Below are positions 7,948-17,740 of a stretch of 54,286 bases of DNA, piece by piece. The translations under genes and the position numbers were made by a program. The stretch covers positions 1-54,286 of the IMG/VR virus record IMGVR_UViG_3300045003_000043. One strand, given 5' to 3'. Within the stretch, counting starts at the first letter, position 1. Each line of letters opens with the position of its first letter. Origin of the DNA: a virus (lineage: Duplodnaviria; Caudoviricetes). The notes under the pieces are model-generated. The model ran no database searches. It was not told the DNA's origin and was given only the letters and a program-made list of their open reading frames with translations.

Positions 7948-9437
7948 TCGGCTAACCTCTGACTATCGAAGTCTCGTACTGCCTTGATTGGGTAGCTCGG
8001 ATTAGCCTTCATCCCGTTTTCGGGCCAGACCCCAAACTTCTCCCTGTAGACTGCTGCTGCCCATCCTGGTTTGAATCCCCTCTTGCTTGCTATCCACGCC
8101 AGGCCATCAAGGAAAACCTGCTTATCATCCTTCTTCGGCTTAGGTTCCTTTTTGCTATCAATGCGCACTAGCTCACCGCTAACAACCTTCGGCCCCTGAT
8201 TCTTCCCGAGAATAGATCCGCAAGCGGGGCATATCGAGGCTCCGCGAGATATCAAAGCGCTGCACTTCGGACACTTCCTCGGCTTAGCAGGCTTCTTGTC
8301 ATCAATGAAGGGTTGCCCCTTATCTTTGGGATCATGGGTGTCAAGATGATCGTGGTGGATATCCGTGAATAACCCCAGTTCCTCAGATGTACCGGCGTGG
8401 TCGAGCAAGAGAAGGTGTTCCTTTCCTTCTGCCAGACGGATCCCTCTTCCACCGTCTTGTACCCACTTCATTTCAGACTTTGTTAGTCTCAGGTATATGA
8501 TGCAGCGAACGTCCTCATCCACCCCGATTCCGACTGTATCAATCGACGCTAGGATCTTGTGTTCTCCAGACCGGTACCTTCGAAACACCGCCTCTCGTTC
8601 CTCAGCGTCCATTGTTCCGTCTATGTACCCGCATGAGATCCCCGCATCCTCAAACTTTTTTTGCATCTTGCGGGCGTGGGAACGATTCACGCAGAACATG
8701 AAAGTCTTATCCCCTGGTCCCTTTTCCAACCATGTCTTTACTACGTTCCCGACGATGGCCTTGGTTGTCATCGCCTCTTCGGCCTCGCCTTCGATGTAAT
8801 CACCATCGAAGTTTGTATGCACCTTGGATACGTTGGGCATTAGCTCGTCAGGCACGCCAAATCCGATTACAGGAGTGGAAAATCCCTCCTCAATCATTTC
8901 GTTTGTGGTTGCGCCAATGACCAATTCAGTCCATCGTAGTCCCATCCCCTTCGCCCAGGGGGTAGCAGATAGACCGATAACGATTTTGTCCTTCCATTCT
9001 TCCGAATCCAGGATCTTGTTCATTGCCTCGTTCTGGATGTGGACCTCGTCATACAGTACGAAATCTACGGTTGGGAGTTTCCGACGCACGAGCGTTTGCA
9101 CACTCGCGATCTGCACTGCTGCGGTGAAATCTGTGAGATGATGCCGACCCTGAATAACCCCAACGTCAATGATCCCTTGGTCGTGGAACCGTTCGACAGT
9201 CTGGTTTATGAGAGATAGCCTAGGAACGCAGAACAAAGGGCGTTTCCCTTTTGCCAATGCGCTAGCGATGATATGAGCCGCTACCACCGTCTTACCGAAA
9301 GAGCAGGGGGCCTGAAGGACAATTCTCCTATGCCCTTCACGGATAGCCTGCCGTATCCTATCGATCGCCTTAGCCTGACGCGGCCTCAGTGGTCGTAGGT
9401 TCAATTCGTTCCGGTCGTAGAGGGAGGTCTGAATCAT
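7920..9437 (-). CDS. Superfamily 2 DExH helicase with Zn ribbon
   Basis: LRPRQ, APCSFGKT, DEVH, GLSATP, QDGGRGIR, CPKC..CPAC. Confidence 0.95.
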   Translation of the reverse strand: MIQTSLYDRNELNLRPLRPRQAKAIDRIRQAIREGHRRIVLQAPCSFGKTVVAAHIIASALAKGKRPLFCVPRLSLINQTVERFHDQGIIDVGVIQGRHHLTDFTAAVQIASVQTLVRRKLPTVDFVLYDEVHIQNEAMNKILDSEEWKDKIVIGLSATPWAKGMGLRWTELVIGATTNEMIEEGFSTPVIGFGVPDELMPNVSKVHTNFDGDYIEGEAEEAMTTKAIVGNVVKTWLEKGPGDKTFMFCVNRSHARKMQKKFEDAGISCGYIDGTMDAEEREAVFRRYRSGEHKILASIDTVGIGVDEDVRCIIYLRLTKSEMKWVQDGGRGIRLAEGKEHLLLLDHAGTSEELGLFTDIHHDHLDTHDPKDKGQPFIDDKKPAKPRKCPKCSALISRGASICPACGSILGKNQGPKVVSGELVRIDSKKEPKPKKDDKQVFLDGLAWIASKRGFKPGWAAAVYREKFGVWPENGMKANPSYPIKAVRDFDSQRLAEWRKKQQSA

Positions 9438-9643
9438 TCATTACTCCCTTCGAATAACCTATCAAAGCACTTACCGCAGGTTCCGGAGATGAGCAGTTCT
9501 CTATCGTCCTCGCTCAGATAACTCATCGCTTCCTGAATTAGGGTTTGTGTGTTTTGCCAAAGTTCATAGTCGGCATGATCAACGCGAATCTCGAAGACCT
9601 GCTTGCAAGAACTGCATTGACGGATTACCTTCGCGTTTCGCAT
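9434..9643 (-). CDS. Zn-ribbon hypothetical protein
   Basis: CSSC...DRELLISGTCGKCFD. Confidence 0.75.
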   Translation of the reverse strand: MRNAKVIRQCSSCKQVFEIRVDHADYELWQNTQTLIQEAMSYLSEDDRELLISGTCGKCFDRLFEGSNE

Positions 9644-9645
9644 GG

Positions 9646-10512
9646 CTAAAACACCCGCTCAGAGGGGTACTTTCCCTTGGGCACTAGTTGAGTGAAGAGC
9701 TTGTCGGGATAGGGAGAGCGCAAGATCTTATCTTTGACCTCTTCGGGGACAGGATTCTCACCATTTCCAAACCGGTAGTCACCTCCATTGGTGAACTGGA
9801 CCAGGAGAATCCCCTTTTCCCATCCCACGGCAAAGAGGTTATTGGCCTTACGCACAAGAGCCATAACCGGAGGTTGTGGCTTTGGAGCTTCGGGAGTAGT
9901 CGTAACGGTAGATGAATGGTAGTTACGCGGATAGGGGTACCCTGGCATCCACTTACGAGCGAACTCACCGAACTCCCTAGCCAGATCCAAGCAGTCTTTC
10001 TCCATGCCTGGATACCTCCACTGAACTAGGTCGTGCTGGTTCGTCACACGCCACACGCGAGGGTTCTTTGTGTCCTCCTTGCACTCCCAAATCTTCCAAA
10101 CGAACTTGTCGGCCTCAAACACGTCCAAGTAGTACCTCCACTGGAACTTCTCCATGTAGTTCTCGGCGTCAAAGTTGCTCGTGGTCTTGTCGTCGATGAC
10201 CATGGAACCGATCACTCGATCACACCGGCACGACACTTCCACTCCGTCATAGGTCTTTATCCTTGACACCTCTCTGCGGGGTACAGATTCGATGGAGAAT
10301 TCACCTTCGAAGACAAAGGTGAACCCATCGCACTCAAGAGCGTCGGACTCTCCCAACTGAGCCCTTTCCATTGCCTTAGCAAACGCCCGACCGCGAAGCA
10401 TCGGCTCGGTTGCCTCTTCGCCCTTGAATTGGGAAACAAGGACTTCGAGGGGATATTCCTCGTCGTCCTTCCAAGAGCGATACATATCAAGATGAGAAAC
10501 GCTGACACGCAT
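9646..10512 (-). CDS. PD-(D/E)XK exonuclease-like protein fused to C-terminal KTSC domain
   Basis: RCD...IDDKTT...QWRYY; C-terminal AVGW..GILLVQFTNGGDYRF...VP. Confidence 0.75.
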   Translation of the reverse strand: MRVSVSHLDMYRSWKDDEEYPLEVLVSQFKGEEATEPMLRGRAFAKAMERAQLGESDALECDGFTFVFEGEFSIESVPRREVSRIKTYDGVEVSCRCDRVIGSMVIDDKTTSNFDAENYMEKFQWRYYLDVFEADKFVWKIWECKEDTKNPRVWRVTNQHDLVQWRYPGMEKDCLDLAREFGEFARKWMPGYPYPRNYHSSTVTTTPEAPKPQPPVMALVRKANNLFAVGWEKGILLVQFTNGGDYRFGNGENPVPEEVKDKILRSPYPDKLFTQLVPKGKYPSERVF

Positions 10513-10515
10513 GGA

Positions 10516-11436
10516 TTAGGCTACCTTTACCTCTTCGAAAAGACCCGTTGTCTTGTTGGCCTTGTAGCCACGCTTCTTGGCCTCTGCAGCCAGAGCATTG
10601 ATTTTGGCAGCGGCTCCCTTTTCCTTCCTCTCCTTGGACTCTTTGGCAACCTTCGTCAACACGTTGAACTGATCGATATCAGCAGCTTCCTTCAGTGCCT
10701 CGTCCCATGCCTGAGCGGATTCCTCGGCAGCGGCCTGCTGCTCTGTCAGCTTGTTGATGGAGTTCTTGATCTGATTGATGACCTTGGCCAGCGTCTTGGG
10801 ATCCTGATCGGGATGGGGGAAGGTGATCTTGGGGAGTTGGGCAGGGTTCTTTCCGAATCCACCCTGCTGCGGATCGAAGTCCAGGAATCTCCCTCCTTTC
10901 GAATCAAGGCGAATCCGGCACATCGCGTCGGAAGACTTGTAAATCTCGTTTTTGCTACCGCCCTGGGCGTCGATACGCTCGAAGGTCTCGTCTCCGTTCT
11001 TCTGCTCATCCATGTGGCAAATAAGGACGAGGTCCTTGCCCAGGGAACGGAGAAACGCTTGCCATTGCGAGAAGCGGCTCTTGAGTGTTCCGAACCCCTG
11101 AAGCGTAAGGCTACCGTCCGACCTTCCAGCCTTGGGGTTGCTTGCAATGATGTCTTGAGACAAGCTGTCGAGCGCACGTCCCGCCGTGTCGACAATGATT
11201 GTGTTGAACGGGGCCAACTCCTCAGCTGTCATCTCCTGCACGTCTTGCCAAGATGCGATTGGAACTGCATCCCCACGCTTTGCCGCTCGGTAGCATCCCT
11301 TATCAAAATCGAGTAGGAGTGGCTTGTCGGCGGTAAACCCCAGGGTGGACTTTCCCAGACCAGGTTGCGCATATACGGTTATGACGATGTTATCCACGGG
11401 CATAGGCTCCGTAGCCTTGACGATTTTTAGTGGCAT
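10516..11436 (-). CDS. AAA_24 / Sak4-like recombination ATPase
   Basis: YAQPGLGKST, LLDFDKG, IIVDT, LICH. Confidence 0.9.
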   Translation of the reverse strand: MPLKIVKATEPMPVDNIVITVYAQPGLGKSTLGFTADKPLLLDFDKGCYRAAKRGDAVPIASWQDVQEMTAEELAPFNTIIVDTAGRALDSLSQDIIASNPKAGRSDGSLTLQGFGTLKSRFSQWQAFLRSLGKDLVLICHMDEQKNGDETFERIDAQGGSKNEIYKSSDAMCRIRLDSKGGRFLDFDPQQGGFGKNPAQLPKITFPHPDQDPKTLAKVINQIKNSINKLTEQQAAAEESAQAWDEALKEAADIDQFNVLTKVAKESKERKEKGAAAKINALAAEAKKRGYKANKTTGLFEEVKVA

Positions 11437-11456
11437 TTCTGGATTCTCCTGACTGA

Positions 11457-11579
11457 CTACTTCTGTTCTGTGATATAGAACTTTTTCCCACAGGAACACT
11501 TGACGTACGCACCTTTGTCGTCCCGGAAAAGTTCCGACTTGAGGTCGTAAGAGTGGCGGTGCTGTGATTTAGAGGTCAC
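11457..11579 (-). CDS. Small protein (40 aa) with HxH...CSCG
   Basis: GGAGG RBS, GTG start, read by hand. Confidence 0.55.
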   Translation of the reverse strand: MTSKSQHRHSYDLKSELFRDDKGAYVKCSCGKKFYITEQK

Positions 11580-11648
11580 TGGTACCTCCGGATATTGAGC
11601 GCGAGTGATGCCAAGGCGGGAGCGAAAAGCTAAGCATAAGCACGTCCC

Positions 11649-11667
11649 ATGTGACAGGTTGTCATAT
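11649..11667. promoter_or_regulatory. Palindrome family A, copy 3, just downstream of the leftward promoter
   Basis: ATGTGACAGGTTGTCATAT. Confidence 0.8.
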
Positions 11668-11680
11668 TTCCTATTTCCAA

Positions 11681-11709
11681 ACGATAATCACGTCTGATTT
11701 TTATGTCAA
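11681..11709 (-). promoter_or_regulatory. Leftward promoter of recombination/replication operon
   Basis: TTGACA-17-TATCGT. Confidence 0.75.
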
Positions 11710-11723
11710 CACAAAAATGCTGC

Positions 11724-11751
11724 TTGCCTTTTTCGCTAAATTGAGTATTAT
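11724..11751 (+). promoter_or_regulatory. Rightward promoter, near-leaderless transcript for HTH and integrase
   Basis: TTGCCT-16-TATTAT, 9 nt before an ATG that has no RBS. Confidence 0.6.
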
Positions 11752-11760
11752 TTTCTCATC

Positions 11761-11973
11761 ATGAAAAAGAAGGTACGAAAAACTGAGGATCAGATCGTAG
11801 ATCAGCTGAGGGTTCTGACGAATAGAAAGCGCGGCTTGACTGACACGGCTCAGGAGCTCGGGTTTACTATTCAGTTCATCTCTGACGTGGTCTATGGGCG
11901 CAGGGGAGTTTCGGAGAATCTAGCCCGGAAGATGGGCTATCGGCGCATTGTCGAATTCGAGGAAGTTGCATAA
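11761..11973 (+). CDS. Cro/CI-type HTH regulator (no peptidase domain)
   Basis: LTDTAQELGFTIQFISDVVYGRRGVS. Confidence 0.85.
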   Translation: MKKKVRKTEDQIVDQLRVLTNRKRGLTDTAQELGFTIQFISDVVYGRRGVSENLARKMGYRRIVEFEEVA

Positions 11974-12059
11974 CAGTTATCGCCAAACAAACTTACGGGA
12001 GGTCGTTGATAGGCTTCCCCGCCGTTCCACAAACCTGAATTATGGAAGGCACATAGACA

Positions 12060-13517
12060 ATGAAAGACAACATCAGAATTCTCTCCAGTGGGCCATCCAA
12101 GATGGCTCGTCGACGCTACCAAAAAGGAACCATTAGCAAGGATGGGGATCGCTGGACCCTCCGATGGAGGGAGGATATCGTCATACCGGCCGGCATGCCC
12201 GTGCGCACTACGGATACGGTTCTTCCTAACGGAGATATCCTGCGACGTTCCCACAAGCGGGATTGGCTATCCATCAAGGACTACCCGACAAAGCGTCTTG
12301 CCCAGCGGAAACTCGACCAGATGCTGCAGGAGATCAACCGGGAGGACTTTCGTCCCACCGTTGCCATCACGTTTGAGGAGTTCTCCGGTAAGTGGGTGGA
12401 TAAGGTGATGATTCATCACAAGCCATCCAGCCAGTCGAGTGAGCGAAGCCATATCAAAGCACACCTCAACCCAACCTTTGGATCATATGCGTTGAAGGAC
12501 ATCAGTTTGGAGATGATTCAGGAGTTCGTAAACAACTTCGAGGGATCTGCCAAGACCATCAAGAACATCATCACTACCCTTATGATTATGTGGGACACAG
12601 CGAAGGCATGGGGATACGTAACCCATAATCCATTCCCGCGCGGCACCAACGGACGCCTCCTTCTTACACTTCCCCGCCGCACTAAGCCAAAGACCTATGC
12701 CTTTACCCTTGATGAGACGCTTGCGATCATTGCGAGGGCGGAAGGAAAGTACAACAAATGGAAGCTCCTATTCCGTACCTTAGCGGAATCTGGCTGCCGC
12801 CCTGGGGAACTGGCTGGAATGCGTAAGCACGACCTGCAGGGTAGAACTATAGAGATTCGTCAGTCGTCCTGGAATCAGGAACTTCAAGATGTCAAGACGT
12901 CGAACTCTATACGATCATTCTCTATCAGCCAAAAGCTGGCCAACGACCTGAGGGATTACATCGCTAAGGTGGAGGAGGATCCCGAGTCTCCTCGCAATCC
13001 TCATGACCTCATATGGACCAATAATGATGGAAAGCCGCTTTCGATGGATAACTTCGTCAAGCGCGTTCTCAACCCGATCTTGTCGGATATCGGTTTGCGT
13101 GGCCAGAAGGTTTATAAGGCCGGAAAAGAGCAGAGAATCATTACCGTAGAACGTCACCAGCGCGGCTGCACTATTTCTCTGGAGTGTGGTCACAGCATGT
13201 ACGTAAACGTACGGCGACCACAGGAAGAGACGTGGACCTGCATGTCGTGCAAGTATGATCCGGAGTACATTCCCGGTAAGCTGGACGAACTGGGTATCGA
13301 CCGATGCGGAAACTATGCCTTCCGACGTATGAATGGTACGGTTATGGACCGATTGCTCAAAACACCGTTGAAGACCAGGCAGAAGAGATTTGGACATGCA
13401 AGCATCGAGACCACACTCACCCATTACACGGAAGCGGTGGATGCAGATGACGTGCAGGCGGCAGAGCAATTAGGGTCTCTTCTTGATCCAGATAGCGATG
13501 GAGCATCCGTGCAATGA
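12060..13517 (+). CDS. int: Tyrosine integrase with an inserted Cys/His domain
   Basis: Arm-binding N-terminus (RRRYQKG..W.LRWRE), GCRPGEL, VKT, YAFRR, FGHAS, THYT. Confidence 0.95.
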   Translation: MKDNIRILSSGPSKMARRRYQKGTISKDGDRWTLRWREDIVIPAGMPVRTTDTVLPNGDILRRSHKRDWLSIKDYPTKRLAQRKLDQMLQEINREDFRPTVAITFEEFSGKWVDKVMIHHKPSSQSSERSHIKAHLNPTFGSYALKDISLEMIQEFVNNFEGSAKTIKNIITTLMIMWDTAKAWGYVTHNPFPRGTNGRLLLTLPRRTKPKTYAFTLDETLAIIARAEGKYNKWKLLFRTLAESGCRPGELAGMRKHDLQGRTIEIRQSSWNQELQDVKTSNSIRSFSISQKLANDLRDYIAKVEEDPESPRNPHDLIWTNNDGKPLSMDNFVKRVLNPILSDIGLRGQKVYKAGKEQRIITVERHQRGCTISLECGHSMYVNVRRPQEETWTCMSCKYDPEYIPGKLDELGIDRCGNYAFRRMNGTVMDRLLKTPLKTRQKRFGHASIETTLTHYTEAVDADDVQAAEQLGSLLDPDSDGASVQ

Positions 13518-13563
13518 AAGGAAGGAAGAATTAGAGCCGATGAAAGGAAAGGAAGGAAGAGAG

Positions 13564-13920
13564 ATGGCGAAGATACTAATCGACGAGGAACAAGTAGCGG
13601 CACTGATGGCGAATGCAGCCATCATGCGCTTTAAGCAGAAGCTGGAGGGATATTCATCTCCGCTAGACAGCATCATCACCGACGCATTCACGATCAACGA
13701 AACGGCTATTCGCAAGGCTGTTCATGAGGCCACTACGAAGACTGTGCAGTCTGAATCGTTCAGCAAGAGTCTGCTTGATGCGCTCAATCACAAGTTGGCA
13801 AATCTGGTTATCAATAAGTGCGCTGGATTGGTGGAGAAGTCATTCCAGAATCTAATGCAGGATCCCGTGCTGCGGAACAAGTTGCAATCTGCCGTGATCG
13901 CAATCATTGAATCCGAGTAG
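13564..13920 (+). CDS. Hypothetical protein
   Basis: Purine-rich RBS, ATG 13564. Confidence 0.75.
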   Translation: MAKILIDEEQVAALMANAAIMRFKQKLEGYSSPLDSIITDAFTINETAIRKAVHEATTKTVQSESFSKSLLDALNHKLANLVINKCAGLVEKSFQNLMQDPVLRNKLQSAVIAIIESE

Positions 13921-13971
13921 TAGACAGCCAAGATAGATGAGAACAAGGAAGCAGGAAAGGGAGGAAGAGAG

Positions 13972-14355
13972 ATGAAGGTAGCAGATATATCGGGAATGGG
14001 TGGCCGCGAGTTTGGCGGTTATGAATGGGGTTGCCAAGTGATTCGTGCTCGGGCTCTCCGGTTTTTGCAGAGCATCCCCACTGAATCGCAATTGCCAGAG
14101 CATCACGGGTTCGAAGGAGTTACAGGAATACTCATCTCAGACAACGACCGCGCCAAAGAGATGGATAAGTTCATATCCTCTCACCCCAAGTTGCAGGAAT
14201 TTGGGATGACAGGTGCCATGCATCAGTACGGGATTATGCACGCTAAGGCTATTCATCAACTCGGATGGGAAGAGTACGAGCGCAAGTTACGTGAGTCCGG
14301 GCGCACAGATGATGACTTCTTCGATTTCAATGAGGAAGATGCGTTTCCCGAGTAG
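13972..14355 (+). CDS. Hypothetical protein
   Basis: GGAGG RBS. Confidence 0.8.
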   Translation: MKVADISGMGGREFGGYEWGCQVIRARALRFLQSIPTESQLPEHHGFEGVTGILISDNDRAKEMDKFISSHPKLQEFGMTGAMHQYGIMHAKAIHQLGWEEYERKLRESGRTDDDFFDFNEEDAFPE

Positions 14356-14393
14356 GTTAGCCAAGAGAGATGAGAACAAGGAGGAGATGAGGG

Positions 14394-14612
14394 ATGATTC
14401 CCCAGGATTACTCACAATTTATAGGCCCACAGCCTCAGTACTTGGCGGAGTGGAGCTCTCTTACCGGAGGCAAGATCAATTTTCAATTACTAGTACGGGT
14501 ACCAATGTCTAGAAATGATGCAGAGTATCTATTTTCCGTTCTCGATCTAGCTAAGAAGGTTATAGAGCGAAGTTTAGCCCCTATAGAACAAGGAGGCGAG
14601 GGTGAGCGATAA
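14394..14612 (+). CDS. Hypothetical protein
   Basis: RBS; operon packing. Confidence 0.7.
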   Translation: MIPQDYSQFIGPQPQYLAEWSSLTGGKINFQLLVRVPMSRNDAEYLFSVLDLAKKVIERSLAPIEQGGEGER

Positions 14613-14841
14613 GTTGAAGTTATTGAGCGAAAGGCAGCAGACTAGGCTGAAGTTTTTTGACCATCTCAAGGAAGACGATGATCCTCATAACGCTGCCCTT
14701 CGTGAGCTTGCCGAAGAGCGTTACAAGCGGATGGTGCTCGAAGGGGCCTACAAGTTGAAGTTGGCAACCGGAAGAACGTTCGCTTCTTGCGAGAGAGAAA
14801 TCATCGCTGAGATCGACGCCGAACTAGAAAAGAAAGGGTGA
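14602..14841 (+). CDS. Hypothetical protein
   Basis: AGGAGG RBS, GTG start. Confidence 0.7.
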   Translation: MSDKLKLLSERQQTRLKFFDHLKEDDDPHNAALRELAEERYKRMVLEGAYKLKLATGRTFASCEREIIAEIDAELEKKG

Positions 14842-15053
14842 GGGTAATGCCGAAGCAAAAAGTGTTCAACGTAGAGATGGAAACTATGGCTTGCCGCTGC
14901 TGTCGCCAAGGTGGACGGTGGATAGTAGTTGGTCCAGATGAAGTAGCTACCGGGGTGTCCTACGGATGCAAGGAAGATGCCGAGGAGCAGGCTCAGGACT
15001 TGAACTATGCCTTTGAACTTGGCAAGAAGTATGCCCGAAAGAAGAAAGGGTGA
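14838..15053 (+). CDS. Hypothetical protein
   Basis: GTGA overlap. Confidence 0.65.
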   Translation: MRVMPKQKVFNVEMETMACRCCRQGGRWIVVGPDEVATGVSYGCKEDAEEQAQDLNYAFELGKKYARKKKG

Positions 15054-15056
15054 TGT

Positions 15057-16223
15057 ATGGATGCACAGGAAGCTAAGAGGTTGGACCCGATAGAGATTGA
15101 ATGCCCGCAATGCAAAGCATCTCCGGGAAAACGTTGCCTTGACGGGATTATCGGCTCCTATCAATACACGCACCACAACATGCGGATATCCGCTGCCAGT
15201 CGTCTCTCTCCTCAGTCGAGCGGGGAGAAGGAAACCGATCCAATATGCCGAAACTGCGATGAGCATAAATCGAATCATGGAGAACTTCCGATATCAGGAT
15301 TTCTCTATTGCCGCAAAGTAAGTAAGAGATTTGAGCCGATATCTGCACTGGATAAGCTTGTTCGGGAAGAGATGAAAGACGGACTTTACGATAAGGTCCC
15401 GGTTGAGCCATCCCAGACAGAGAGTGCCTCTCATACGCTACAGGTCTGCGAAAATTGTGGCCACGGTGTATCTATCCACGAATGGGAAGATGAAGCAACC
15501 TCTTGCTGTATGTATGGCAGTAAGCTGTTCCCCAGTGTCGGTGAGAGTCAGCCCTGCATGTGCCCCGGTTATAAAGCTCCCAAGCCTATCGAGAGTTCTC
15601 CTCAATCTCAGCAAGAGAAGGATCAGGAGCGGCAGGCTATCGACATCCTTGTAGATAGATTTTCTGAGGCATTGCGCGACAAGTTGTATGCCTCTGAAAA
15701 AAAGTACAACTGGCGCGGCGGCTGGAAAAAAGGTGATTGGCATAGCGATCTGCTGCGCGATCTGCGCAAGCACATAGAGAAGGGCGATCCGAGAGACGTC
15801 GCCGCTTATTGCGCCTTTGCTTGGTGGCACCAATGGAGCCTTTCATCTCAACCCTCGCAGCCTCAGCCCGCAGAGATTGATGGGTTTGGAGATTGGAGGA
15901 AAGCTTACAGGGACTGGATAGGTTCTAGAGACTATACCGAACTTGTCCAGTCTCTTGAAGGACAGGATGATTGTGACGAATGCTGCGATGCGGTTGAGCA
16001 ATCAGCATTCAAAGCAGCATGGCAAGCCTCTTGCCAATCCCTCCTCGAGCAGAAGCCAGAGGCGACGGTGATTGATCCGCTGATGTCCCTCCTTGAACTA
16101 CATGAGAAGTACGGAGGACTTGATTGTCCAAAAATCAACGAAGACTGCGGAATCTGTGATTCATGCAAGTTGAAAAAACTAGTCCAGCAATATCGTGCTG
16201 CGGCGAAAGGAAAAGGGAAATGA
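15057..16223 (+). CDS. Mosaic multi-zinc-finger accessory protein with Ead/Eaa-like helical domain
   Basis: Several CxxC/H clusters; HIEKGDPRDVAAYCAFAW. Confidence 0.7.
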   Translation: MDAQEAKRLDPIEIECPQCKASPGKRCLDGIIGSYQYTHHNMRISAASRLSPQSSGEKETDPICRNCDEHKSNHGELPISGFLYCRKVSKRFEPISALDKLVREEMKDGLYDKVPVEPSQTESASHTLQVCENCGHGVSIHEWEDEATSCCMYGSKLFPSVGESQPCMCPGYKAPKPIESSPQSQQEKDQERQAIDILVDRFSEALRDKLYASEKKYNWRGGWKKGDWHSDLLRDLRKHIEKGDPRDVAAYCAFAWWHQWSLSSQPSQPQPAEIDGFGDWRKAYRDWIGSRDYTELVQSLEGQDDCDECCDAVEQSAFKAAWQASCQSLLEQKPEATVIDPLMSLLELHEKYGGLDCPKINEDCGICDSCKLKKLVQQYRAAAKGKGK

Positions 16224-16639
16224 ATAAGGTAATAGTTTTATTGATGTTTTCAGCGTGCTCAATGGCACAGAACAAGAAGTCCCCTACTTACACTACTGAA
16301 CCTGTTACGCGACTGGTTCCGCATTGCGAATGTCGAGTAGAAATCGATGGTCACTCCGATCCGCATCCCGATATTTGCGTAAATGATGCTGCGAATATGC
16401 CAAAATCATCTCCTGTAACCATTCCTACATTCCTTCGTAATGTTCGTCCATGGACTGCTCGTTTACAGATCGATTGGATCGATAATCCAACTGGAGTAAT
16501 AGTATCGAACACTTCTGATTCTGAGGGAGCCTATATAACTTGTATGGTCCACGATATGAAATATATGGATCATAATGTTAGTTCATTCAGTGTTGAATGC
16601 GTCCGGATACTTGTTTCCCGGAAGGAGCAATCCCAATGA
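16220..16639 (+). CDS. Putative exported protein
   Basis: MNKVIVLLMFSACSMAQ signal peptide; ATGA overlap. Confidence 0.65.
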   Translation: MNKVIVLLMFSACSMAQNKKSPTYTTEPVTRLVPHCECRVEIDGHSDPHPDICVNDAANMPKSSPVTIPTFLRNVRPWTARLQIDWIDNPTGVIVSNTSDSEGAYITCMVHDMKYMDHNVSSFSVECVRILVSRKEQSQ

Positions 16640-16724
16640 GCGATCTTACAGCAACAACACTAATAATTATCGCTTTATTAGTTTTCGGAGGATTTGTTGT
16701 TTATGTGGATGCGAGGTATGGAGA

Positions 16725-16958
16725 ATGAGCGCACCGAATAGACCGCCAATTTTAACAAGGCAGGGAACCTTCAAGCCAACAGAGTTTTACTTCAGATCTC
16801 AAGCTGATCCAATCTTTGAAAAGCTCGAAGCCGAGAATCAGCGGCTGCGGGATCTGATTTCGGACATCTCCTACTACGCACCGACCGAGTTGTACGGAGA
16901 AGATGATCATATCCGTGATTTATGGGTGCGTATCCGCGAAGCCTTGGGGCCGAAATGA
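16725..16958 (+). CDS. Hypothetical coiled-coil protein
   Basis: Start MSAPNRP; FEKLEAEN. Confidence 0.6.
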   Translation: MSAPNRPPILTRQGTFKPTEFYFRSQADPIFEKLEAENQRLRDLISDISYYAPTELYGEDDHIRDLWVRIREALGPK

Positions 16959-17144
16959 TCACAGAGGTGAAATGAAAGGAGGTGATGCGAAATGAAAGAT
17001 CAAGTTTTCACTTGTCCGTTTCATGGATGGTCTTGTAAAGGATCTCCTTGCCCAGAATGTACAACTGAAGGCTCTATGTTTTGCCGCCCGTAGGCACCGT
17101 ACCGGATGGCATATGTGACAACGGTGCTTACCTGAAGGATAAAA

Positions 17145-17348
17145 GTGATGGAGAGCAAAACCAGGCTGAAGCAAGGAGTTCGTGTCGTGATCAAGAAAAG
17201 CCATCCTTGGGGAACTCACGCCGGAACTTTAGTTGCTTATGAAAACTATGGTCCAAGCGTATTCAAATGGTCCGGATGGAAGGTAAGGCTTGATGAACCT
17301 TTTGGCCAGGAATGTTATGCCAAATCAGAATTACAGGTGGTGGAGTGA
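17145..17348 (+). CDS. Small SH3/KOW-like barrel protein
   Basis: GVRVVI..SHPWGTHAGTLV...VRLD. Confidence 0.6.
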   Translation: MMESKTRLKQGVRVVIKKSHPWGTHAGTLVAYENYGPSVFKWSGWKVRLDEPFGQECYAKSELQVVE

Positions 17349-17533
17349 TGAGAGCTTGTCCGAGATTGTGTATCGACGATATGTGCCATGGAAACCGGGA
17401 TTTCACTTTATGCGGCGGAAGCTATTGCTACCAATGCGATGAACTAACGGTGGATGGATCTATCTGCGATGAATGCCATGCCGCTCGCGAAGAGGAAGAG
17501 ATTGAGTTTGAGGCCAAACCAAATGACCACTAA
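17348..17533 (+). CDS. Cys-rich hypothetical protein
   Basis: Multiple CxxC-type motifs. Confidence 0.6.
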   Translation: MRACPRLCIDDMCHGNRDFTLCGGSYCYQCDELTVDGSICDECHAAREEEEIEFEAKPNDH

Positions 17534-17554
17534 ACCAGACAAGGAGGAGATGAG

Positions 17555-17740
17555 GTGAGCAGACTCGAAGATGATCTCTATGAAGCACTCAAAGCCACGC
17601 AATTTGGATTCAGCCTAAATCGATGCCCAGTATGCGCCGGATGGATGGTTGGACCCTACGGAGAAACGGACAGGGTTCATACCAAGAAATGCATAGTAGC
17701 TAAGGCGCTAAAGAGGTATGAAAAGGAGTCGAAGCAATGA
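17555..17740 (+). CDS. Small Zn-binding protein
   Basis: CPVC...HTKKC; AGGAGG RBS. Confidence 0.7.
   Translation: MSRLEDDLYEALKATQFGFSLNRCPVCAGWMVGPYGETDRVHTKKCIVAKALKRYEKESKQ

Noticed and set aside
10429-11316. Long antisense ORFs (also 41204..42196, 48356..49192 and others)
   Set aside because: Shadow frames of well-supported opposite-strand genes
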